Positions 9,881 to 19,405 of a DNA stretch of 64,000 bases are shown piece after piece. Within the stretch, counting starts at the first letter, position 1, and each line of letters starts with the position of its first letter. This DNA comes from an uncultured Candidatus Saccharibacteria bacterium (GTDB taxonomy: Bacteria > Patescibacteriota > CALEFQ01), in NCBI GenBank assembly GCA_965230955.1, contig OZ246404.1, positions 1,060,024 to 1,124,023 of the forward strand. The letters are read 5' to 3'. The translations under genes and the position numbers were made by a program. The notes under the pieces are model-generated. The model was not told the origin of the DNA, did not search any database, and was given only the letters and a program-made list of their open reading frames with translations.

Positions 9881-10639
9881 ATGGACACCAAAGAAATCTA
9901 TCCGATCAAGTTCGCCGAAAAGGTTAACGAGCTTTTGGTCGGCACGCTGGACTTCAATGAATTGGCAAGGCAAGCGACTCGAATAATTTTACAAGAGCTC
10001 CGGCTGACCGCCGTGACTCTTTTTCGGATTGATCACCGGGAAAAGGTACTAAAACCTTATGCTTATGCCACGACGGCCAGTCCGGGATTGATTAACAGTG
10101 TAATCCAGCAGCCTCTCACCAATTTCAAAGCGCCACTGGGAAGAATCTACGACAATTTGACTGAAAACACTCTGAATACCGGACAAATAAATACTTCCTT
10201 GTCGTTGGGTGATTTCGGGAAAAGAGACCTGGCGCGAAAATTGCAAACCCTACTGGGCACTAAATTTCATATATCGGTGTCGATCAAAACAAAAAATCGA
10301 GTCGAGGGCGTTTTGGTTTGCGCCACCAGGCAAAAAAATCTTTCCCCCGACCGTATTTCTCTACTGGAAACGGCAGCGGCCCAGCTGGGCTTGGCACTGA
10401 GCAATGTCATGGCGCATGAACAAATAATCGAGCGATATAAAACATTTTCCGACCAAAAAGAAAAAATCGCCGAAAAAAAACCAAAAATAAAATTTACCTT
10501 GCGGATACCAAAGGAACTAGAACAATATCTCTCTTTCAAAGTCGCTAATACCAAACAAAGCAAGGCCGAGTATGTACGAAAACTATTGCTCGACTTAAAA
10601 CAAAGCGATACCGATTACCAGGAATTTATCAAACCATAA
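9881..10639 (+). CDS. GAF domain protein with C-terminal ribbon-helix-helix-like DNA-binding motif
   Basis: GAF-like SVSIK...VEGVLV...LLETAAAQLGLALSN; C-terminal KFTLRIPKELEQYL...SKAEYVRKLL; AAGGAG SD. Confidence 0.75.
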   Translation: MDTKEIYPIKFAEKVNELLVGTLDFNELARQATRIILQELRLTAVTLFRIDHREKVLKPYAYATTASPGLINSVIQQPLTNFKAPLGRIYDNLTENTLNTGQINTSLSLGDFGKRDLARKLQTLLGTKFHISVSIKTKNRVEGVLVCATRQKNLSPDRISLLETAAAQLGLALSNVMAHEQIIERYKTFSDQKEKIAEKKPKIKFTLRIPKELEQYLSFKVANTKQSKAEYVRKLLLDLKQSDTDYQEFIKP

Positions 10640-10699
10640 AAAAACCCTTCGAAATTATCGAGAGGCTGTTAACGCTTCCGCTCATTTACTGGAGCGGAT

Positions 10700-13222
10700 T
10701 TATTTTACGATTTGATAAATTTTCAGTTTCCCCTCATTGAGAGTGACTACATTCCGGTCGATAGCCAAAATCAATGTATCGGCTGCGGATAAACCACTCG
10801 ATTCGGCTTCAGCTTTGGTCTGCAATTCCCCATCAGCGACTGACTCAAAAACTGACAATTTTGGGGCGGTCGCATAAAGAAAATTTCCGGCACCAAACAC
10901 TTGATTTAAAGCAACCGCCGGTGAAATTGTCTTTAAGGCTTGTGGGACAGAGACCTCCCAGACCTCAGTCTGTCCGGTACTGCCCGGATTGCCGGTAAAA
11001 ACATACATATATTTTCCGGCGGGCGCCACCTCCCGGACAAAATTGTCGCGCACTCGCTGTAAAACCGAAGGCTTGGCACTTTGGGAAATATCGACCACAA
11101 CCAAACCCTCATCTCCCGCCGCGATAAAGAGCCGATTATTTTTTACCGCCAGCGCCAGCGCCTGTGAAACTCCCAAATCGGTTTCACCAATTTTTTTAAT
11201 TTTATCGGCGGCTAAACTATAGACTAATAATTTTCCGTCGGCGATAGCATAAGCTTTGTCGGCTACCGCCACCACCGCCACCGCCGGAACAGCCTCTTCG
11301 AACGTAACTTTGGGCGCACCGGGATTGACTAAGTCAATAAACTGTAGCTTCCCGCCGGCAACTACTGCATATCGACCGCTACTAGCCACCGTAATATCCC
11401 CGCTAAAATTAGTTCGGGGCAGTGATCCGATAACCTTGGGCCGGGAGGCATCAGCCAAGCTTATTACTTCCAGAGATTTTTCGCCATCGCTGGCGCGTAA
11501 AATATTATTACCGAAAATTGCCATGGCCTCGCTCGGTGCAGAACTTAATTCCAATTGGCCCGCCGGATAAAGAGCCGGCGCCGGCGTTGACTCTTTTGTA
11601 TTAATCACCGCGCCACTGGCGGTAAAAGTATTTGCATCAACCACCGCCAAACAAGCCTCAACCGCCAATGAACTATACAAGGTTTGGCTCGTCAAATCGG
11701 CTAAGCTAATAGCTTCTAAGCGATTGTCTGATAACCAAACGACGATTTCCCGGCCTTTTTTGTCACTGATTAATTTCTTAATCGTCAAGCCATTGGGCGC
11801 GGAATAGACTTCTTGGACTTGATTATTCTTCAAATCGATAAGCTTTACTTTGTTTTCCGCGACAACCAGTACGCGCGATCCAGCCCAGGCGGCATAATTC
11901 GCTTCGCCTTGGAAAACATCAACCGGAGACGCCGACGGTTTAACCGCGACCAGACTGGCGCCATTTTGTAACAAAACCGCTCCCTCGGCCGCCTGATAAG
12001 CCGATTGGCTATCTAACAATATATTGGTCCCGGACGGTAAAACCCACTCCAGTGGCTGAGCCAAAGCCGATTTAACCGTGATTATTTTCTTGACCGTACG
12101 TCGATCAATCGCGGTTTGGGCCACTATCACTTCGTCGCCAGTGATCGCCAACGGCAACCAAGCCTGCTCGGTTGAATTATAAATAACCTGATCGCTTCCG
12201 CCAATCTTAAATAAGTGAATTTCATAATCACTTGACGCTCCGGTGACAAAACTCACCGCCGATCCGTCCGACGAGACAGTAAATTTTTCCGACAAAGCCT
12301 TATCGCTTGTCGCCACGATTTGCAAATCCCCGTTCGCGGCTAGGCGATAAATAGTAGTTTGTTTCCCTTGTTTTTGACTGAAAAATATATGCCCCGAATT
12401 GGCCACACTGATTTGCTCGACGGCCGGTTCAATTTTAAATATTGTCTCCGTTGCCCCACCGGCGGTTGACCCAATTTGCAAGACGGAACTTTCCGTGTTT
12501 TGGCTAAGTAAAACGACCTGCTCATCTTGCATGGTTATTTCGCTTGGAGTCGGCGTCGGCTGAACATCACTACCGCGCGAAACCAACAAAAACTCCAGGC
12601 TGGTGGTTTCATCAGCTTTTATCTCTATTTCCCGCTGTTCTTCTTCGAAACCATCCTGTCTCACAGTGACATTGTGACGGCCGACGCGCACGCCGCCAAT
12701 TTCGACTGGTGTCACTCCTTGTTCCTGATTGTTTAGTAATAAGGTGGCGCCGGAAGGAATAGACGTAACCTGTAAATTGCCTGTTTGAACAACTTTTGTG
12801 TCCTCGAGAACTTTTTTCACCGGCTTCGGCACATACTTTTCGTAAAATCCCGGGGAAGCCGCCGCAAAAGAAACATAAGCCGCCAAAACGGCAACCGCCG
12901 CGATCGGGGCTACCGCCCAAGCCCAGCGCCGCGGTCGAGGAAGCAAAGCATTAGAACCGGCAGTAAGCAGATTACCAGATTCTTTGGTAACCGAAGCGGA
13001 AGCCGCATGATTCATCAAATCATGGGTATTCAGAAGACGTTTTCTCAGATTTTGACTGAAAGCGTCGGCAGGTTCGGACCTATATTCGACTTGCTTGATC
13101 GCGCTAACCATATGCAAAATCTCGATCTCCTCTTGGAGTAGACCGGAGGGATCAATCGGGCGGCCGCGAAAGGCCCGGTCCAGTTGATCATCAAATCTTG
13201 TTTTGGGATTTCTGATATCCAT
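10700..13222 (-). CDS. Putative anti-sigma factor: cytoplasmic N-terminus, one TM helix, PEGA, beta-propeller and LVIVD-like repeats
   Basis: P...F...LRKRLL N-terminal motif, PEGA GNLQVTSIPSGA...GVTP, GLVVVDIS repeats; directly downstream of the ECF gene. Confidence 0.75.
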   Translation of the reverse strand: MDIRNPKTRFDDQLDRAFRGRPIDPSGLLQEEIEILHMVSAIKQVEYRSEPADAFSQNLRKRLLNTHDLMNHAASASVTKESGNLLTAGSNALLPRPRRWAWAVAPIAAVAVLAAYVSFAAASPGFYEKYVPKPVKKVLEDTKVVQTGNLQVTSIPSGATLLLNNQEQGVTPVEIGGVRVGRHNVTVRQDGFEEEQREIEIKADETTSLEFLLVSRGSDVQPTPTPSEITMQDEQVVLLSQNTESSVLQIGSTAGGATETIFKIEPAVEQISVANSGHIFFSQKQGKQTTIYRLAANGDLQIVATSDKALSEKFTVSSDGSAVSFVTGASSDYEIHLFKIGGSDQVIYNSTEQAWLPLAITGDEVIVAQTAIDRRTVKKIITVKSALAQPLEWVLPSGTNILLDSQSAYQAAEGAVLLQNGASLVAVKPSASPVDVFQGEANYAAWAGSRVLVVAENKVKLIDLKNNQVQEVYSAPNGLTIKKLISDKKGREIVVWLSDNRLEAISLADLTSQTLYSSLAVEACLAVVDANTFTASGAVINTKESTPAPALYPAGQLELSSAPSEAMAIFGNNILRASDGEKSLEVISLADASRPKVIGSLPRTNFSGDITVASSGRYAVVAGGKLQFIDLVNPGAPKVTFEEAVPAVAVVAVADKAYAIADGKLLVYSLAADKIKKIGETDLGVSQALALAVKNNRLFIAAGDEGLVVVDISQSAKPSVLQRVRDNFVREVAPAGKYMYVFTGNPGSTGQTEVWEVSVPQALKTISPAVALNQVFGAGNFLYATAPKLSVFESVADGELQTKAEAESSGLSAADTLILAIDRNVVTLNEGKLKIYQIVK

Positions 13223-13289
13223 AGAGATAATTATTTCCTCGTCACGATCATCGGGTCTTTGGCCGACCCTAGGCCGTAGCCGGCCGAAG

Positions 13290-13982
13290 TCAATAACTTA
13301 TGCCGCGCTTTTTTAATTCAATCCTTAGTTTCTTCAAGGCGCGATGAATCTTGACCGCCACGTGGGCGCGGCTCAGTCCCACCACTTGGCAAATTTCATC
13401 ATTAGACTTCTCGGCAAATAATTTCATCGTCAGGACCGTCTGATCATCGTCATCCAAACTCGGCAGTATTCCTTGAATTTGTTCAAAAAATAATTTTTGA
13501 CTGACAGCCACGTCCAACGCCGGCTTTTTATCCTTAATATCCGGGACACTGTCGATATCAACCTTCTGTTTACGACCGGTTTCTCGGAAATGGTCAATGA
13601 TGGTATTGGACGCAATGGTATAGAGCCAGGCTCCAAAACTAACGTTTTGCCACTGGAAATCTTTCAATTTGCGCAGTGCTTTTTCAAAAGTGAGTGAAGT
13701 GATGTCCTCCGCCACCGAGACATTTCCCACTCGTTTTAGAATAAACCCATAGATCTGGTGCAGGTAAACATCGTACAAAATACCAAAAGACTCTGAGTCG
13801 GTTTTGGCTCGTTCGACTAATTCCTTCTCCGTCACCGTCTGCTCACCGAGACTGTAATGGGAGAAGACCTTCACCCCTTCGGCGGCTTCCGGCTTGGCCT
13901 GTGCCGGCCGAGTGAAAAAGCGCCTCTTGGAGATGAATTCATTGTCACCGGCTTTACCAGTCACAAGTTTGGTTGTCCCCAC
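13290..13982 (-). CDS. ECF sigma factor (start uncertain; alternative GTG at 13835)
   Basis: FGILYDVY...AEDITSLTF, AWLYTIASNTIIDHFR, EICQVVG...VKIHRALKKLR. Confidence 0.9.
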   Translation of the reverse strand: MGTTKLVTGKAGDNEFISKRRFFTRPAQAKPEAAEGVKVFSHYSLGEQTVTEKELVERAKTDSESFGILYDVYLHQIYGFILKRVGNVSVAEDITSLTFEKALRKLKDFQWQNVSFGAWLYTIASNTIIDHFRETGRKQKVDIDSVPDIKDKKPALDVAVSQKLFFEQIQGILPSLDDDDQTVLTMKLFAEKSNDEICQVVGLSRAHVAVKIHRALKKLRIELKKRGISY

Positions 13983-14182
13983 GCTCAGATACTGGAAAAA
14001 CTATTCCAAATCCTGAGTGTGGGGACGATTACGCGAATTAAACGGCTCCGACTTGAGTTAATTACCTCGCTAGTTTAACAGATAAATGTAAAACGTAAAA
14101 TGCCGAGACAGAAACTATCGCCTTGACTTCATTTTGTACTATGGAATAATAAGATCATCCCAATTTGGGAAAGGAGGATAAA

Positions 14183-14458
14183 ATGCCAGACAGAAAAAAG
14201 GTATCGACGACTGTCGGCCAGGTTTTTTCTGAAGCGCAGGGGCGCTATCCAGAATTGACAACTAAGTGGCCACCGGAAGCCATCCGCGACTGGGAACGAT
14301 TGGCCGAAATTTTGGGAGATGTTCCTTTACCGCCAGATAGAAAAGCGAAAGTGACGGAAGGAATGCTTTCGCTATTTCGAAATCTGCCGAAAAAACCCGA
14401 AGTCTTTGCTCCCCTCGCGACGACAGGTTCGCCCGGGCACCGCTGGAGGAAAAAGTAA
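14183..14458 (+). CDS. Hypothetical protein
   Basis: AAAGGAGG SD, own promoter, terminator at ~14496-14520. Confidence 0.6.
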   Translation: MPDRKKVSTTVGQVFSEAQGRYPELTTKWPPEAIRDWERLAEILGDVPLPPDRKAKVTEGMLSLFRNLPKKPEVFAPLATTGSPGHRWRKK

Positions 14459-14602
14459 TCATCGGTAAATGTTTGGTCATCTAAACTGAACCGATAGAGG
14501 CGCCAATGGTGCCTCTTTTTATATACGGCGAGCCAGTCCGTCGATTGTATTTACCTTGCCTTGACCAAATAAACAATATAAGATATAAACGTAATTCAAT
14601 CT

Positions 14603-16534
14603 ATGCCTACTCCTCTTAAAACAACCCTACTCATAGCCTGTGGCCTCGCTATTGCGATCGGGGGGTTTTTTATTTTTTACCATTTATCGTACGCCAACAA
14701 AATATTAGCCGGAGTAAGCGCGGCTGGATTTGATGTTTCCGGGCTGACCACCGAACAAGCACACGACAAACTTCAGACGGAGCTGAACAATTTAGCTGAT
14801 CAAGATATCAAATTCACCAGTGCCGGTAAAACCTGGATAGCCAAACCGGCGGATTTGGGCATTAATTTTAATATCGATCAAACAGCGGCCGAAGCCTTTG
14901 CCATTGGTCGCGGACAAGCCTGGTATATTAATCTTTGGAATGTCGCCCAGACGCTCTGGCGCGATCTCAAAATAGACCTATGCTATGACATCAATAAAGA
15001 CGCTTGGAATTCTTATCTGGCCGAACATTTTCGGGAACTTGAAACCGAACCAAACAACGCGTCACTTAAGATTAAGGGCAGTACGGTGACGGAAATCGCC
15101 AGTAAAGACGGGATTGTGGTTGATCGCAACCAGTTACTGAATCTAATCGAGAACCATCTCCAACAGCGATTAAACACTTCGATTACCCTGCCTTTTTCGA
15201 CTGCTTTTCCGATAATCAGCGACGATGATGTGGCTCCGGCAAAACTTTCAGCCGTCAACCTGCTCGGCAGCGGATTAACAGTAAAATACAAAGAGAAAAA
15301 CTGGAATTACAGCCGCGACCGCATTGGTCAAGCGATAAACTTCGTGATCAAAAATAGCGACGGTGCGGAAATTCCGGCTGAAGAAATATTCTCCTACGGA
15401 CAAAACCTGGATAATCCCAGTGCGCGACTGGAAGTAACTTTGCGTGGCGATGATTTTAAGAATTTTCTGGAAAATATCGGCCGGGAGATTGAAAAATCCC
15501 CTCTTAATGCCCATTTTAGAATCGAGGGGGAGCCCAAAATAACCCTGGATACCGCCAAAGATCCCGCCTCAATCGTCCCGGTCAGTATCGACGAACCGGC
15601 CAAAGAAGGTCTAAAGATAAATGCCCAAAATTTGAATCATGATATCAGCACCAATATTAATAACAATCAAACCACTGTTGATCTTTTCGTCGAGGTCAGT
15701 CAGCCGGAAATCACCGAAGCCAATGCCGCCGCCAAGGGCGTGACCAAATTGATTGGCCGAGGCGTCTCTAATTTTTCCGGCTCCCCATCTAATCGACGCC
15801 ATAACATCAGCGTCGGCGCCGCAAAATTTGACCGAGTTATTATTCAGCCGGGAGAGGAATTCTCTTTCAATACCATACTCGGTAAAGTCACCGAAGAAGC
15901 CGGGTACTTGCCGGAATTGGTAATTAAAAACAATGATACCGTCCCCGACCTGGGCGGAGGTCTCTGCCAAGTATCAACCACGGCTTTCAGGGCGGCCGTC
16001 GACGCCGGTCTGCCGGTGACGGAACGGAAGAATCACGCTTACGCCGTTTCTTATTACTCCCCCCAAGGAACCGACGCCACCATTTACCCGGGATCGAGTG
16101 ATTTAAAATTCATCAATAACACTCCCGGCTCGATATTGATTCAAACTTCCATATCCGGAAGCTCGCTAACTTTTGATTTCTTGGGAACATTCGATGATCG
16201 AGAGGTTGAAAAATTCAAACCACACACCTACGAACGTTTCGGCAATGGCGGACTCAAGGTCGAATGGTCTTACAAGGTAGTCCGCCAAGGAGAGACTCTG
16301 ACCGATAAAGTGTTCAAGAGTGTCTACCGCCCGCCGGAGGAGTTCCATAAATCACAGCAGGAAGAAGAGAAGAAAGCGGCTGAAGAAGAAGCCAAAAAGC
16401 AGGAAGAAGCGGCCAAAAAAGCGGCCGAAGAACAAAAAAAGAAGTCAACACCGACAACAACACCAACTCCCACTACCACCGCCAAGCCCTCACTAACTCC
16501 GACGCCCACTCCATCCTCTTCACCTAAACCATAA
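14603..16534 (+). CDS. VanW-family protein with peptidoglycan-binding-type repeats and a Pro/Thr-rich tail
   Basis: N-terminal TM, R.HNI, PGEEFSFN, GGGLCQVSTT, ER.NH, G.DAT. Confidence 0.9.
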   Translation: MPTPLKTTLLIACGLAIAIGGFFIFYHLSYANKILAGVSAAGFDVSGLTTEQAHDKLQTELNNLADQDIKFTSAGKTWIAKPADLGINFNIDQTAAEAFAIGRGQAWYINLWNVAQTLWRDLKIDLCYDINKDAWNSYLAEHFRELETEPNNASLKIKGSTVTEIASKDGIVVDRNQLLNLIENHLQQRLNTSITLPFSTAFPIISDDDVAPAKLSAVNLLGSGLTVKYKEKNWNYSRDRIGQAINFVIKNSDGAEIPAEEIFSYGQNLDNPSARLEVTLRGDDFKNFLENIGREIEKSPLNAHFRIEGEPKITLDTAKDPASIVPVSIDEPAKEGLKINAQNLNHDISTNINNNQTTVDLFVEVSQPEITEANAAAKGVTKLIGRGVSNFSGSPSNRRHNISVGAAKFDRVIIQPGEEFSFNTILGKVTEEAGYLPELVIKNNDTVPDLGGGLCQVSTTAFRAAVDAGLPVTERKNHAYAVSYYSPQGTDATIYPGSSDLKFINNTPGSILIQTSISGSSLTFDFLGTFDDREVEKFKPHTYERFGNGGLKVEWSYKVVRQGETLTDKVFKSVYRPPEEFHKSQQEEEKKAAEEEAKKQEEAAKKAAEEQKKKSTPTTTPTPTTTAKPSLTPTPTPSSSPKP

Positions 16535-16536
16535 AA

Positions 16537-16632
16537 AAGATATTAAGAATATTAAGATATTAAGAACTTTAAGAGTTAGAGGTTGTCACTATCTTAAAAT
16601 CTTAATTTCTTAATACTCTTAATATCTTTTTT
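16537..16632. repeat. Periodic AT-rich palindrome (8-9 nt unit AAGATATT); probable vanW terminator
   Basis: aagatatt-aagaatatt-aagatatt-aaga ... tcttaa repeats ending aatatctttttt. Confidence 0.65.
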
Positions 16633-16678
16633 CACTTATCCACTTCCGTTAATACAGCGCCCTTGCTACTCTGATATT

Positions 16679-16795
16679 AGTCCCTCTGGTGATGTCTACT
16701 CCTCTTTAATTAGGGGAACAGGGATCAAAACAAAATACCCTCCGAGCTCTCGGAGGGGAAACCCTCGCCCGAAACGTGGCGGGGGATTTTGTTTA
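16679..16795 (+). ncRNA. Candidate structured small RNA A
   Basis: Extended -10 TGcTACTCT at 16664-16672; stems TCCCT/AGGGA and TCCTCT/AGGGGA plus a three-way junction; G-U pairs form only on the + strand. Confidence 0.45.
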
Positions 16796-16874
16796 ACTAA
16801 GTCAAAAGTCAAAGGTCACAAGTTGCGAATTCCGAAACTTTTTACTTTTGATCTTTGACTTTTGACTTAGTTAA
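16793..16874. repeat. Heptamer-periodic palindrome, AAAGTCA family
   Basis: ttaactaagtcaaaagtcaaag ... ctttgacttttgacttagttaa, perfect outer arm over 20 bp. Confidence 0.85.
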
Positions 16875-17024
16875 AAAAACTCGCGCCCATAACGCTGTAG
16901 ACGGAAGACACAGCCACAGGAACAAACCAGAAACTTCTCCGCCGAAGCAGAGAGCTCCAGTAAGCCCTACAAATGCGTCCCCACTGGTGATGTCTACAGC
17001 GTAAAAAGCACGAGTATCAGCAAA
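16873..17024 (-). ncRNA. Candidate rod-shaped small RNA B
   Basis: TTGACA-16-TATAAT promoter at 17031-17058; long hairpin with many G-U pairs, cUUCGg loop, U7 tail; no start codon. Confidence 0.6.
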
Positions 17025-17182
17025 CGCCCCATTATATCAATTTACAGGTATTTGTCAAGCTATTTCCCGCTATAACCTCAACGGCCTGGTTATGAGGTAA
17101 ATAACAATGGGCTAAAATAGATCGACAAAATATCAAGCATTTGCTAAAACAATATGGTCTACCACAGCCAAAGGAGGGCAAA

Positions 17183-17521
17183 ATGGGATCAGAACCCAAT
17201 CGTATTCTAATCATCAGTTCGGATTCTTCGGCACTACAGGATACCGCGATCATGAGTGGAGCTTCGGTAAATTGTTTGCCAACCCCCGATCCGGAAGCAG
17301 TAATAATGCAACTGAGAACCTGGCAATTCAAGCTTGTCGTCCTGGTTCCTAGTAAGAATAACCCGCCGGATCATTCTCGTTCCAAGATCGCGCCGTTGAA
17401 GACTCCCGAAGAAGCGGAAAAATTCCTGGAACAGTTACTAGAAAAATGCCTGACAGCCAGCATCACCTTACCACTGGTACTGATTAATCCCCGACCGCAA
17501 GATCTTATCGCTCATCTATAG
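17183..17521 (+). CDS. Hypothetical protein, possibly a degenerate receiver domain
   Basis: AAGGAGG SD, terminator at 17530-17570. Confidence 0.6.
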   Translation: MGSEPNRILIISSDSSALQDTAIMSGASVNCLPTPDPEAVIMQLRTWQFKLVVLVPSKNNPPDHSRSKIAPLKTPEEAEKFLEQLLEKCLTASITLPLVLINPRPQDLIAHL

Positions 17522-17599
17522 AAGAAGCGCCTCGTTGCCAAATATTTCCCGATTGGCAACGAGGTTTTTTCATGACATTTTAATTTAAATCTAACTTTT

Positions 17600-17629
17600 A
17601 AAAAGCCCGCCGATTCGGCGGGCTTTTTT
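17600..17629. terminator. Bidirectional intrinsic terminator
   Basis: aaaaagcccgccgattcggcgggctttttt. Confidence 0.85.
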
Positions 17630-17660
17630 ATCTCGAGAACCGGAATTGATTTAAATATTA

Positions 17661-19079
17661 TTAGTAATGAATCACTACCGGTGTACCAACTTCGATCATG
17701 TTATAAAGTATCGGGGCCTCTTTCATACCAACACGGACACAGCCATGAGACACGCGAATCCCCAAATGATTTTCACCTTCAACGTATCCGCCGGGCCATT
17801 CCGGCAACTGATGAATATAAAACCCGCCTGAATGAAATTTGAGGCTATAAGGCATCCAGAGGCCGTATTTTCCCGACCAATGGCGAGCTTCTTTGCTCAA
17901 GACGGTGAATTGTCCGTCCGGTGTCGGCATGCCGGGCCGTCCGGTTGAAGTAATCGCCTCCAGGCGTTGGCGGCCATTTTCGTAAACACGCAGACGCTGA
18001 TTGGTTAGGTCAATATCGATATATTTATGCAAGTCGCGCCGCCCTTCCCAAATGAATTTGCGCGGTCCGGTGATTATTTCCGCCCGACCATCAGCATTCA
18101 GATCACCCGCCGCTACATTAACCCCGCCGCGAAAATCGTTTTCATACACAACCTTGCTGAATTTCGACGGCTGGCCGCCGTATTCGAAACTTTTTACTTC
18201 CGGGACGCTATTGGACGCCCGCGACGCCAAAACTTCTTCCGCTCCATCGCCATCAATATCGCCCGCAGCCACTCTAGCCCCGTCTTTATAATCCTCCGGG
18301 AAGGCTATAAAACTCCCGATTATGGTTTTGGTTGAATCGGGACGATAAACCTTGATACTAGCCGTACTCATCGAAGCGGCGCTGGTGATAATTTCATCTA
18401 CGCCATCTTTATCGACATCGCCCAAAGCCACATCAACCCCGCCATGGAAATCAGCAGGTTGCGGGAAGAAATCCAAGCCCAGATATTTACCCGATCCGTC
18501 AAAAACTCGGACATGAGGATTACCTCCTAGGCCGGCACCGACTACCACTTCCGCCCGTCCGTCTTTATTGATATCGCCAACGGCGACATTAACACCGCCT
18601 TTGAACTCCGGAGCAAAAGCCAACCACTCCACCAAAACTTGTCCCGAAGGTTTGTAAACTTTGACTCGCGTATCGCCATCACTGGCCTGGGAAACGATAA
18701 TTTCACTTTTGCCGTCGCCGTTTGTATCCCCCAAAGCAATGTCGGACGTGCCGCGAAAATTCGGATGAAAAGGAAAAATTGAAATACCGTTAAAAACACC
18801 GCGCTCGGTGAAACCTCTGATATGAGTCCGGCCGCCTTGTCCGGAAACAGTCACAATTTCAGACTTCTCATCACCAAGAATATCGCCCACCGCTACCGCT
18901 ACTCCCCCGCCAAAAAGACGTGAATAAGCCATGATATTAGCATCCAGATTGCCGCCGGCGCTATAAACTCTAACTTCCGGCGCACGGGCCTCAATCCCCG
19001 CCATGGCATCCGCGACCGGAATCGTTAGCATGGCTCCGGCAATAATCGCGATCCAAAGGAATGTTTTTGTTTTAAACAT
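17661..19079 (-). CDS. L,D-transpeptidase (YkuD) with FG-GAP-like repeat propeller
   Basis: Signal peptide, GGV.VA.GD...DG..EI repeats, STG...TP.G.F and catalytic H...SHGCVR. Confidence 0.9.
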   Translation of the reverse strand: MFKTKTFLWIAIIAGAMLTIPVADAMAGIEARAPEVRVYSAGGNLDANIMAYSRLFGGGVAVAVGDILGDEKSEIVTVSGQGGRTHIRGFTERGVFNGISIFPFHPNFRGTSDIALGDTNGDGKSEIIVSQASDGDTRVKVYKPSGQVLVEWLAFAPEFKGGVNVAVGDINKDGRAEVVVGAGLGGNPHVRVFDGSGKYLGLDFFPQPADFHGGVDVALGDVDKDGVDEIITSAASMSTASIKVYRPDSTKTIIGSFIAFPEDYKDGARVAAGDIDGDGAEEVLASRASNSVPEVKSFEYGGQPSKFSKVVYENDFRGGVNVAAGDLNADGRAEIITGPRKFIWEGRRDLHKYIDIDLTNQRLRVYENGRQRLEAITSTGRPGMPTPDGQFTVLSKEARHWSGKYGLWMPYSLKFHSGGFYIHQLPEWPGGYVEGENHLGIRVSHGCVRVGMKEAPILYNMIEVGTPVVIHY

Positions 19080-19242
19080 GGCTTAATAATCTAATATTTT
19101 CAAAAAATAACGTTTACTTTAAACCTCAAAATCTAACAATTTTTCTAATATTTAGATTTTTGTTTCTACTGCCGGATTAAGTCCTCTTGAAAGCCAAAGA
19201 ATCTTCAAGGCTGTCAGCAGTACTTAATTTTCCCAAAATAAA

Positions 19243-19266
19243 AGGGCGCACCGATTGGTTCACCCT
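19243..19266 (-). promoter_or_regulatory. Conserved 5'-leader palindrome AGGGTGAACC-N4-GGT.C.CCCT
   Basis: 21/24 identical to 46741-46764; just downstream of a TTGCTT-17-TATACT promoter (19281-19309). Confidence 0.6.
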
Positions 19267-19405
19267 ATTTCACTGTTTCTAGTATAGCATAAAAATAAAA
19301 CCAAAGCAAGGGAAAAACTGGGGAAAATAACAAAAATTATACTAGAATTGATTATCTTGGCCGACATCTTCTTTTTTTGTTCTTTTATAGACAAACCAAA
19401 GAGAA

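Noticed and set aside
14035-14070. ECF autoregulatory promoter (GTAATT...CGTTTA on the minus strand)
   Set aside because: Weak match and no second copy found to support it.
16873-17024. SRP RNA, hammerhead ribozyme or toxin mRNA
   Set aside because: The apical loop is UUCG without the SRP helix-8 motif; CUGGUGA lacks the matching GAAA core; the only ATG lies inside the -10 box.
19085-19270. c-di-AMP (ydaO) riboswitch
   Set aside because: GGGUGAA resembles part of the motif, but the GCUGAAUCC and GUCAGCUAAC elements are missing.
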